NCBI GenBank assembly: GCA_044376115.1
Contig: JBILLK010000018.1
Coordinates: 151,338-215,337, forward strand
Direction of reading: 5' to 3'
Origin: Polyangiaceae bacterium
GTDB lineage: Bacteria; Myxococcota_A; Polyangia; Polyangiales; Polyangiaceae
Length of the DNA stretch: 64,000 nt
Positions 20,248 to 28,968 of the stretch are shown here, in pieces. The notes under the pieces were generated by a model that saw only the letters and a program-made list of their open reading frames with translations, had not been told where the DNA came from and made no database searches. The stretch's first letter is position 1; every line of letters starts with the position of its first letter. Position numbers and translations under genes: made by a program.

Positions 20248-21242
20248 GCCGACGTCCGTTTCCCCGGCCCGGTGCTCTCCTGCTCCTTGTGATTCTGTCG
20301 GGTTGTGGAACGCCGCCAGCACCGCGGCGTGTCGAGGTGACGGAACCTGCACTTCCGATGAGCTTTGAATTCACCACAGCGAGCCCGCCGGCGAGCGCAT
20401 CCTCGAATCCACCCGCCCCGGCAACCTCCGCGGTCGCGTCGAGTGCAACCCCTCCGACTCCAGCCGCAATCCCGTTTAGCGCCGAGGAGATCGCGGCGTT
20501 GACGGCCGAGCGCCGAAGTCGACGAGTCTTCCGGCATGTGCTCGTCGGAAACATGCCTGGTATTCGCCAACGCGACAGCTGGATGCTGAGCAAGGACGGC
20601 CGCGAGCTCACGCTCACCTGTGAGCATGGAGATCCACAACGGCGCAAGGTCGTCGCAGAAGGCAACCCTGAGCCACCCCGATGGGTCCTGGTTGGCAGCG
20701 CCTCATTCGTCGCTGCCGACCTCGTTCCAGGGCAAGCGATTGCAAGTCACTATCAGCGAACGGGGATCCGCGTGATCCCGAAGCCAGTGGACAAAGCCTA
20801 TTGCGACCAGCGGGGCTACGATTGGTATGGATGCAACCAACGGTCTTGGACGACTTGCGGCGACATCGGCGAGGAGCTTGCGCTCGCCTGCACGCAGAGC
20901 AAACTTCCGCTCCTCGGCCCAAACGCCCTGGTCCACGTCGAGGGTTCGGGTGATGAGGGTTATGTGATTAGCTGGCGGCCGAGCGCTCGGCGCCCAGTGA
21001 CAGGCCTTTCGTGCGTGGTCTCCGCCCCTCAAGGAGACCCCGACGCGTTTGACTACTACGACTTCACGGACGACTCGGCAAAGTCCATGTTGTTCTTTGC
21101 GGATCGGCCCGCGGTCGAGCGCTTGGTTCACTCGAGCGGGCTGCACTACGTCGGCTTCCGCGAGGCGGTGCTCAAACCCTTCGATGGAATGCTTCCACCG
21201 TACTTAGGCGGCACCGCGAAGGTCGTCGGGCCCTCGCCATGA
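20244..21242 (+). CDS. Lipoprotein, tandem copy B
   Basis: Near-identical to copy A; ATGA coupling; ILSGC lipobox. Confidence 0.8.
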   Translation: MSRRPFPRPGALLLLVILSGCGTPPAPRRVEVTEPALPMSFEFTTASPPASASSNPPAPATSAVASSATPPTPAAIPFSAEEIAALTAERRSRRVFRHVLVGNMPGIRQRDSWMLSKDGRELTLTCEHGDPQRRKVVAEGNPEPPRWVLVGSASFVAADLVPGQAIASHYQRTGIRVIPKPVDKAYCDQRGYDWYGCNQRSWTTCGDIGEELALACTQSKLPLLGPNALVHVEGSGDEGYVISWRPSARRPVTGLSCVVSAPQGDPDAFDYYDFTDDSAKSMLFFADRPAVERLVHSSGLHYVGFREAVLKPFDGMLPPYLGGTAKVVGPSP

Positions 21243-22177
21243 GCCGACGTCCGTTTCCCCGGCCCGGTGCTCTCCTGCTCCTTGTGATTCTGTCGGGTTG
21301 TGGAACGCCGCCAGCACCGCGGCGTGTCGAGGTGACGGGGCGTGCACTTCCGACGAGCTTTGAATTCACCACAGCGAGCCCGCCTGCGAGCGCCTCGGCG
21401 CTCCCAACGGCCTCTTCCACAGCGCCGACCGAACCGCCTCCAGAGGCTGCAGCGTTCCAGCCGTTTAGTGCAGAGCAGCTCGACTAACTAACGGCGGACC
21501 TTAAGAGCCGGCGCGTGTTCCGCCATGTGCTTTTAGGCAGAATGCCGCACCATGAACGGCGTGAGAGCTGGATGCTGAGCAAAGACGGTCGGCAGCTGGA
21601 CCTTGTTTGCGAGCACGGCGTTCGAACTCCCAACGAATATGGCTTTTCGGAGCCGTCGCGCTGGTACGTGCTCGGGAGTGCATCGTTCGTTGCAATCAAC
21701 CCTTCTCCGGCACAGACCTGGGCCACCCAGTATCGACGGGACCCGAGCGGCGCGACTCCAAAGCCATTCCGGTCGGGCGCAGCACGCATGACAACCTGTG
21801 AGGAGATCGGGGAGGAGCTCACGCTCAGCTGCACCCCCACCACCCTTCCGCTCCTGAGGCCCAAGGCCACAATGACGTACTCACGCACGGATGACGACCG
21901 CTACGACATTCGATTGGAGCCGAGCGTTCGTCGCACCGTGACCGGCCTCTCATGCGTGGTCAAAGCTCCCAACGTGGACAACCCTTTTTTCTACTACGCG
22001 TTCCCAGACTTTGGATTTCGCTTGTCCGTGGACACCGAGCCGAGTCTGTTCTTCAGTACTCGCGGCCCAGCGGTCGAGCGTGTCGTCTATTCAGATAGCC
22101 TGCAGTACGCCACTTTCCGTGAAGCCGTGCTGACGCCCTTCGACGGAGAATTGCCGGCGAATCTGGAGGGGACGTGA
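21239..22177 (+). pseudogene. Lipoprotein, divergent tandem copy C with in-frame stop
   Basis: TAA at 21485-21487 interrupts QLD*LTADLKSRRVFRH, which aligns with EIAALTAERRSRRVFRH. The same frame continues to 22177. Confidence 0.75.
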
Positions 22178-22190
22178 GCCAGGTGGCCTC

Positions 22191-22430
22191 GCGAAGTAAC
22201 CGAGGGGAGCCTGGACCCTCTCGCGGCGAAGTAACCCTGGGAAGCTGCGCTAGCTCCCCGGCGTTAGTTCGCAAAAACACCAGCTTCTTGCTGCGACTGC
22301 CTCGTCACCCCGGCAAAGCCAGCCAATAACCCGCATAAAACGCTGGGTCTCGTCCACAGCATGCCCTCGGATGCACGCCGGATGCGAAGTAACCCATAGA
22401 GGCTAGCGCAGCTCCCCAGGCTTACTTCGC
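22191..22430. repeat. Inverted pair of 47-bp palindromic elements (22226-22272, 22384-22430) plus an extra half-site at 22191
   Basis: Each element is GCGAAGTAAC-N27-(G/C)TTA(G/C)TTCGC. The first matches the reverse complement of the second at 38/47. Confidence 0.7.
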
Positions 22431-22938
22431 AATGCGACCGAGCGGGCGCTGCGAGCCTCCCTTCGACGACCGATCCCCAAGGGTGCAACTCGTGTCACCC
22501 CGCTGCGGTAACGACAAGAACCGCCATTGAGCGATTACATGCACGACGCCCCTCCGCCGATAGCGCATTAACGACCAGTCGGAACGGCGGCCGGTTGGCG
22601 TTCGCGCCCCGTCCACGACCCATAACGCCTGTTCGTTCGAGACGAACCAACGTTACGGGAGCCTTCGCACCAGTTCGCTCGGCCCCTACAGCTGCACGAG
22701 CAGCGACATTGGGCCGCGCGATAACTCATCCGGCGTCCAGAGGTCGCTTCGTCGGTGAGCAGCGCGGTGACCGCCTATTGCTTACAGCCCGTTCTCCTGA
22801 GATTTTCGCGAGCCCGTCGTCGGTTCCGCGGGACCTCCATGGGCCTACCAACGCGGGTGCGACATTCGAGCGATCGATAAAACATCGGACGCCTGAATGT
22901 CACCTTCGGACGCCTGAATCTCGCTTGCCGGCGCTTCG

Positions 22939-22970
22939 AGCACCGTTGCCTTCCTCGGTCAGACCCTGAC
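22939..22970 (+). repeat. 32-bp direct repeat, right copy (partner 14259..14290)
   Basis: See left copy; abuts the stop codon of the convergent gene at 22971. Confidence 0.8.
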
Positions 22971-23855
22971 CTACTCCAGGACCTCGACTGGCCCGGCGTC
23001 GTGGACCCGCAGCGCGTGCTCGGTCCCAACCCCGAAGCGAGCGAACTCCTCGAGCGTCGTCGGCTCGTAGTTGACGAACTTGCCCTCGGGGGTCCTGAAG
23101 ATGACGCGGTAGCGAGCCTCGCGCGAGGCACGCTCCTTCTCTCCGGGGCGCACGTCGCGCTCGAGCGCGATCTCCTCGTTGGTGGGCCAGGTGGGCGTGC
23201 CACTCGTGTTCGCGTTGGTCACGACCCGCTGTTGCTTCCAGCCCCACTCCTTCCACGTGAAGAAGGGCCGCATCACCGGGACGTCCTTGAACTGAGCCAC
23301 CTTACGCGTCTTCGTCCGACTGCAATACTTCGTCGTGCAGCGTCGATCCGTCGTGCACTTCTTCTGACCGTTGATCGTTTTGCACGTCTGCGAGCTGCGT
23401 GAGCAGTCCTCGCCGCAGCGCTCCTCCTCGGTGTACGTCTCCGTCCGTGTCCCGTCGGGGACCTTGTCGACGCGGAAGACCCGCTCGCCATCGCGCGTCA
23501 CCTCGGCCGCCTGTTCGGGCGGCGAGAAGCCCTCGTTCGCGACCCACTGGTAGCGCTCGACGATCACCGAGTGCGTCCACTCCACAGCGGTGACGCGCGA
23601 CGCTGGCGGAGGCCGGAGCAGAAGGTACAGCGTGGCGGCGAGCGCCGCGGACACAACAACCGCAAGTGCGCCGAGCCAAAGGCGACGTCGACGGCGCTGC
23701 TCTTGATGCTTCGCCTCCGCGAGCTTCACCCACAGCGGAACCGACGCCACCGCTGCGCTGTTATCAGCTTCGGCACCGGAGGGCTCGGGGCTGAGTGGCA
23801 ACGGCTGGTGCATCGTCCCATCGTAGCGACGCTGGGCCCGTCTGTACCCAGACAT
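22971..23855 (-). CDS. Single-TM membrane protein with Cys-rich insert
   Basis: RRRRRLWLGALAVVVSAALAATLYLLL TM segment and CGEDC..C..C..C..C cluster. Confidence 0.7.
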   Translation of the reverse strand: MSGYRRAQRRYDGTMHQPLPLSPEPSGAEADNSAAVASVPLWVKLAEAKHQEQRRRRRLWLGALAVVVSAALAATLYLLLRPPPASRVTAVEWTHSVIVERYQWVANEGFSPPEQAAEVTRDGERVFRVDKVPDGTRTETYTEEERCGEDCSRSSQTCKTINGQKKCTTDRRCTTKYCSRTKTRKVAQFKDVPVMRPFFTWKEWGWKQQRVVTNANTSGTPTWPTNEEIALERDVRPGEKERASREARYRVIFRTPEGKFVNYEPTTLEEFARFGVGTEHALRVHDAGPVEVLE

Positions 23856-24039
23856 CGCGCCGCCTTACGCTCCTTCTCGTTGCTGGACCGCGAAGGCAAC
23901 GAAGTGCACCGCCCTGGTGCGTCGCAGCGCGCGCCTGGTGCAGCGCAGAGCTACGCGCCGTGATCGCAAGAGCAACTGCGCACAGAACGCCGCCGCTTGC
24001 GTTGGTACGGTGGTTGCGAGGCTTCCTGGCGGAGGTGAC

Positions 24040-25104
24040 ATGAGCGAGCTGGGTTCTTCGCACAGGGTTCCAACGTGGGGACGCGTCGTCGCGCGGCCGC
24101 ACGAATTTCTGATCCACATGCGCCGCGGGCAGGTCGTGACCTCGGGTCACGGCGCCACTTGCTTCAAGTGGCCGTCGGACAGCGTCGCGCTGATCTCGAC
24201 CGCGATCGCCAAGCTGTCCTTCGCTGCCGATCAAGTGACCCAGGAGAAGATCGCGCCGGTCCTCTCGGGTAGCGGAGAGCTCTCCGACACCAGCACCCAG
24301 GGCTGGGGCGTCGTAATCGACACCATCGAGATCCAGAACGTACGCGTGCTTTCGGAGGAGGTTTTTCAGCGGCTACAGGCGCCTTATCGACAGAGCTTGG
24401 CGCTCTCCGCGCTGCGCGCGGGCGAGCAGGTGGAGGAGGAGCGCGCGCGTATCGAGCTCGCCCGAAGACGCGCCGAAGAGGAGGGCCGCCGCGCGGTGAT
24501 GCAGCTCGAAGATGAGCGGCTCGCGAACGAGCGCGAACGAGCCCTCGTAGCGCGCCGTCACGCCGAGGAGATCGCCAGGGTGACGGCGCAGGCCGAGATC
24601 GTGCGCACCGACGAGCGAGACGACGCGGCGGGCCGCCGAGCCGAGCGAGCGACGCAGCTCGAGCTCGCGCGGAAGCACGCGCTGCTCGAGGCCGAGCTCG
24701 CTCGGCGCAAAGCCGCGTTCGAGGCGGAGCTGGAGGAGAAGCACGCGCTGCTCGAAGCCGATCGGGAGCGCGCTGAAGCGGACCTCGCCATCCGCAGAGC
24801 ACAGGGCCAACTCGACGCCGAGCTACTAACCGCCTCCCGCACCGCGCGCAGCGACCTCAGCGAACGCCAGCTCGAGGAGCTGATGTTGACCGAGACGCTT
24901 CCGCGCATGGGCGAAGCCCTGCGAGGCACCTTCGGCCGCGTGGACTTGACGAGCGGCGTCGAGAGCGGAGCGCTGTTCTCCTTCCTCTCCGCCGGACTCA
25001 AACAGGTGGTTCGAAGCACAAGGGAACTGAAGCAAGAGCTCAGCGACCCGAACACTGCGGAGGGCTGCCCCTATCGCTCGCCCACACCGCCGATAGTGCG
25101 TTAA
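24040..25104 (+). CDS. SPFH/flotillin-like protein, possibly internally deleted
   Basis: GGAGGT SD before ATG 24040; ARPHEFLIHMRRG, GWGVVIDTIEIQNVRVL and an Ala/Glu/Arg coiled coil. Confidence 0.7.
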   Translation: MSELGSSHRVPTWGRVVARPHEFLIHMRRGQVVTSGHGATCFKWPSDSVALISTAIAKLSFAADQVTQEKIAPVLSGSGELSDTSTQGWGVVIDTIEIQNVRVLSEEVFQRLQAPYRQSLALSALRAGEQVEEERARIELARRRAEEEGRRAVMQLEDERLANERERALVARRHAEEIARVTAQAEIVRTDERDDAAGRRAERATQLELARKHALLEAELARRKAAFEAELEEKHALLEADRERAEADLAIRRAQGQLDAELLTASRTARSDLSERQLEELMLTETLPRMGEALRGTFGRVDLTSGVESGALFSFLSAGLKQVVRSTRELKQELSDPNTAEGCPYRSPTPPIVR

Positions 25105-25355
25105 CGGGCAGCCGCAATGGCGGCCGGGGCGGCCGGTCGGCGCCTTTGTCCTCCGCGCCGGTTCGGTCGCGCACGCCCAGTCGCCCCCAAGTTTTCCCCT
25201 CTACGGGCGAAGAGGTCTCCGTGACGGACTTGGGCCCGACACATGCGATAACAATCTACTTCTGCTAACCACCTATCGACCCCAAGCCGGGCGCGGAACG
25301 TGCGCGTCAGGAGATGCCCGTCTCCTTGGTTGGGCGAAGGTGTTAGCGTACCGCG

Positions 25356-26240
25356 GTGTCACCGTCCTTCTTGCACGAGGCCCTTATATCGCTATTCCGG
25401 GACCGCCCAGAGCTTGCTGCGGAGGTCTTGAGGGACCAGCTCCATATCGCCATTCCAGCTTACACGGAGGCTACCGTTCAATCTGGGGATCTTGGGCTAC
25501 TCAAGCCAGTCGAGATGCGGGCAGACCTCGTCGTCTTGTTCAAAGACGGCAAGCCGGTAATGGTGGTAGTGATTGAAGTCCAACTGCACAAGGCCGCAGC
25601 CAAGCGTCGCGTTTGGGCTTCCTATCTAGCCAGCGCAGGTGCCCAATACGCCTGTGACGCATATGTCCTCGTGGTTACGCCCCACGAAGATGTTGCACGT
25701 TGGGCCCGTGAACCCATTCGACTCGGCGGTAGCTCCGTGGTGCAAGTCCTGGTCCTCGGCCCCGAGACGATTCCTGTGCTCACCGACGCGGCTGAAGCCG
25801 AACGCCACCTTGAACTTTCGGTCATCTCTGCGCTCGCTCACGGTCCCCACAGGCCAGAGGTTGCCTTTGCCACCATAGCCGCACTCAAAGGCGTCAACGA
25901 CGCTGTTTCCACGCTATACTTCGACCTGCTGCACATCGTCCTGCCGCAGGCAGTGCGTGCGGCACTCGAGGAACTCATGATCCCTGGCTACCAATACCAA
26001 AGTGATTTCGCCAAGAAGTACTATGGCCAAGGCAAGGCTGAGGGCAAAGCCGAGGGCGAAGCCATGGGCGAAGCGAAGGGCAAAGCGGATGCAATCCTCG
26101 CCGTCCTCGTGGCACGGTCGATCGGCGTTTCGGATGAACAGCGCGCGATCCTACTGGCGACTCACGACCTTGCTCAGCTCGACCAGTGGCTCACTCGCGC
26201 TGCTACGTGTAGCCGGGCGAGCGAAGTCTTCGCGCCCTGA
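25356..26240 (+). CDS. Rpn-family / PD-(D/E)XK putative nuclease-transposase-like protein
   Basis: RADLVV..VVVIEVQL nuclease motif, YQSDFAKKYY, GKAEGKAEG repeats and a DLAQLDQWL C-terminus. Confidence 0.8.
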   Translation: MSPSFLHEALISLFRDRPELAAEVLRDQLHIAIPAYTEATVQSGDLGLLKPVEMRADLVVLFKDGKPVMVVVIEVQLHKAAAKRRVWASYLASAGAQYACDAYVLVVTPHEDVARWAREPIRLGGSSVVQVLVLGPETIPVLTDAAEAERHLELSVISALAHGPHRPEVAFATIAALKGVNDAVSTLYFDLLHIVLPQAVRAALEELMIPGYQYQSDFAKKYYGQGKAEGKAEGEAMGEAKGKADAILAVLVARSIGVSDEQRAILLATHDLAQLDQWLTRAATCSRASEVFAP

Positions 26241-26502
26241 GCGCGAGGCCCCTCTCCGTCTTCTTCTGCGTGGCCGCAGCCCCACGCCTCCAAGAAACCA
26301 CAAGCCGCTCCCGTACTTCCAGTAGCCACTGTCTCCAAGCGAGCTCAGACAGTGTGATAAAGCCTCCACACTTCCAATCGCCTCCCGCAAGCCGGCTCCC
26401 CCATCCGCGCGCAGCGCAACGCAGTGGAGCGAGCCCGGATCAGGGGGAGCAGTGGCGCAGCGCAGCTTCGCTGCGCGAGCACACCGAGGGGGCATCTAAT
26501 AA

Positions 26503-26931
26503 TCAACCACCACGGCTCACGCGTATCGCGTACACGCCTTTGCCGGTGGCGATCGTCGCCTCGGGTTCGGACGGGTGATAGAGCCGCACGTCGGCGACGC
26601 CCACCGTCTTGCCGGCGCGCACGAGGGTCCCGTGCGCGAGGAGGTCTTCCTGTTTGCCGGGTCGCAGGTAGTCGATGCGCAGGTCGATGGTGGAAACGCG
26701 GGTGCGTTGATCCTCGAGCGCGCTCCAAACCGCGAACCCTCCGGCCGTATCGGCTAGCGCGCTGATCACGCCGCCGTGCAGCGCTCGCTTGAGCGGATCA
26801 CCGATCAGTTCGTCGCGGTATTTGACCTCGAACAGAATGTCACCACGCTCGATCCGCACGGCTTGAATCCCGAGCAATTTGTTGAAAGGGATCCACTCTT
26901 CGGCGAGTCGCTTCAAAACATCAGGGCCCAT
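26503..26931 (-). CDS. PaaI-family thioesterase
   Basis: PFNKLLGI, LHGGVISALADTAGG, STIDLRIDYLRP. Confidence 0.9.
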   Translation of the reverse strand: MGPDVLKRLAEEWIPFNKLLGIQAVRIERGDILFEVKYRDELIGDPLKRALHGGVISALADTAGGFAVWSALEDQRTRVSTIDLRIDYLRPGKQEDLLAHGTLVRAGKTVGVADVRLYHPSEPEATIATGKGVYAIRVSRGG

Positions 26932-27015
26932 TTGTGCGCACTACAGGCCGATCTAAGGGCGGAAGCAACCTCCGAGCTTTCGCGCGGGGACGGCGCGTGG
27001 TAGAGGCGCCCCGCT

Positions 27016-28911
27016 ATGTCAAGCGTTGCACCGCCCCGTAAAGACTCCGTCTCTCCTCCCGCATCCGGAGTTCCGGGGCCTCGCTCCCTGCGCAACATCG
27101 CGATCGTGGCCCACGTCGATCATGGCAAGACCACTCTGGTCGATCACATGCTTCGTCAAGCCGGCACCTTCCGTGTGAACGAGGTGGTGGCCGAGCGCGT
27201 GATGGACTCGAACGATCTCGAGAAAGAGCGCGGCATCACCATCCTGGCGAAGAACACCAGCGTTGTGTGGAAGGGCGTGAAGATCAACGTCGTCGATACG
27301 CCAGGCCACGCTGACTTCGGCGGTGAGGTCGAGCGTACGCTGATGATGGCCGATGGAGCCTTGTTGCTCGTCGACGCAGCAGAGGGCCCGCTGCCGCAGA
27401 CCCGCTTCGTATTGTCCAAGTGCTTGGAGCGCGGCTTCCCCGTGATCGTCGTGATCAACAAGATCGACCGTCAGGACGCGCGCCCGGATGACGTGCTCAA
27501 CGAGATCTTCGATCTCTTTTGCGACCTCGGAGCCTCCGATGCGCAAGCCGCCTTCCCGGTCATCTACGCCATCGGCAAGCTCGGTCTGGCGAAGATCAAC
27601 ATGGAGGATGAGGCCAAGGACCTCACGCCCTTGTTCGAGACCATCCTCGAATCAGTGCCCCCGCCGCAGAGCGACTCCGAAGCGCCGCTGCAGATGATCG
27701 TTTGCAACACCACGCACGATGAGTACGTCGGCAAGCTCGCGGTCGGTCGCATCGCGCGCGGCCGAATCCGCATCAACGATGACGTGGTCATCCTTGGTGA
27801 AGGCGGCACGCAGAAGCGCGCCAGCGTGAAGCAGCTGTTCACCTTCGAGGGCTTGCGACGCGCCCCCACCACCGTAGTGGAAGCCGGAGATGCGGTCGCC
27901 ATCGCGGGTATCGACGAGATCGCCATCGGTGACACCGTGGCCGACCGTCAAGCGCCCGAGGCGCTGCCGCGCATCGTGGTGGAAGAGCCCACGATTAAGA
28001 TGCGTATCGGCGTGAACACCTCGCCGTTTGCAGGCCGCTCCAAGGCCAGCAAGTTCCTGACGAGCCGTCACGTGAAAGACCGTCTCGAGAAAGAGGCGAT
28101 GAAGAACCTCGCCATCCGCGTGGAGCCCACCGAGACGCCCGACACCTTCGTGGTGCTCGGCCGCGGCGAGCTGCAGCTCGCCATCTTGGTCGAGACGATG
28201 CGTCGTGAAGGCTACGAGATGCAACTCGGCAACCCCGAGGTGGTGACCAAGCTGGTGGACGGCGTGATGTCGGAGCCGCTCGAGCGCGTGGTGGTGGACG
28301 TGCCGCAAGAGTACGTGGGCGTCGTCACCGAGCGGCTCGGCTCGCGACGCGGTCGCATGGAGAAAATGGCTGCTACCCCGGGTGGCCGCAGCCGGCTCGA
28401 GTACGTGATCCCGTCGCGCGGCTTGATCGGCTTCCGCGGTGAGTTCCTCACGGCCTCGCGCGGCACCGGCCTGCTCAATACGCTGTTTGAAGGCTGGGCA
28501 CCGTGGGGCGGGACGATGATCAAGCGCGCCAACGGCGCCATCGTCTGTGACCGCGCCGGCACCGCGACGCCGTACGCGCTGGATCACTTGCAGGCCCGCG
28601 GCCAGTTCTTCTACGCGCCGGGTGTCGACGTTTACGAAGGCATGATCTTCGGCGAGCACAATCGGCCGAACGATACCGACGTCAACGTGGTCAAAGAGAA
28701 GAAGCTCTCCAACGTGCGTAACCACGGTAAAGACGACAACGTGGCGCTCGCAGTACCGCGCACCTTGACGATTGAAACGGCCATGGAGTGGATCGATGCA
28801 GACGAGCTCGTCGAGGTAACGCCCGACGCTGTTCGCGTGCGCAAGCGCGTGCTGCAGTGCAACCTGCGTGACCACCGCATGGACGCGATCGAAGACGCCC
28901 AAGGCGTCTGA
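27016..28911 (+). CDS. typA: Translational GTPase TypA/BipA
   Basis: [67 protein letters not shown]. Confidence 0.97.
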   Translation: MSSVAPPRKDSVSPPASGVPGPRSLRNIAIVAHVDHGKTTLVDHMLRQAGTFRVNEVVAERVMDSNDLEKERGITILAKNTSVVWKGVKINVVDTPGHADFGGEVERTLMMADGALLLVDAAEGPLPQTRFVLSKCLERGFPVIVVINKIDRQDARPDDVLNEIFDLFCDLGASDAQAAFPVIYAIGKLGLAKINMEDEAKDLTPLFETILESVPPPQSDSEAPLQMIVCNTTHDEYVGKLAVGRIARGRIRINDDVVILGEGGTQKRASVKQLFTFEGLRRAPTTVVEAGDAVAIAGIDEIAIGDTVADRQAPEALPRIVVEEPTIKMRIGVNTSPFAGRSKASKFLTSRHVKDRLEKEAMKNLAIRVEPTETPDTFVVLGRGELQLAILVETMRREGYEMQLGNPEVVTKLVDGVMSEPLERVVVDVPQEYVGVVTERLGSRRGRMEKMAATPGGRSRLEYVIPSRGLIGFRGEFLTASRGTGLLNTLFEGWAPWGGTMIKRANGAIVCDRAGTATPYALDHLQARGQFFYAPGVDVYEGMIFGEHNRPNDTDVNVVKEKKLSNVRNHGKDDNVALAVPRTLTIETAMEWIDADELVEVTPDAVRVRKRVLQCNLRDHRMDAIEDAQGV

Positions 28912-28919
28912 GCGCGACG

Positions 28920-28954
28920 CTAGCTCGGCCACCACGGTGGCCGAGCTAGGTTTT
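28920..28954 (+). terminator. Intrinsic terminator between convergent typA and the kinase gene
   Basis: CTAGCTCGGCCACC-AC-GGTGGCCGAGCTAG perfect inverted repeat followed by GTTTT. Confidence 0.75.
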
Positions 28955-28968
28955 GTGCTGTTTGCGAC

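Noticed and set aside
25105..25355. Possible riboswitch upstream of the Rpn-like gene
   Set aside because: Only a short CCCAAGT/ACTTGGG stem; no recognisable aptamer consensus.
26241..26502. Palindromic GCGCAGCG-rich intergenic segment as ncRNA/REP
   Set aside because: Single copy in the window; no family-specific features identifiable by eye.
27652..28935. Long antisense ORFs (this one opposite typA, and many similar)
   Set aside because: Shadow ORFs expected from high-GC codon bias; no recognisable motifs.
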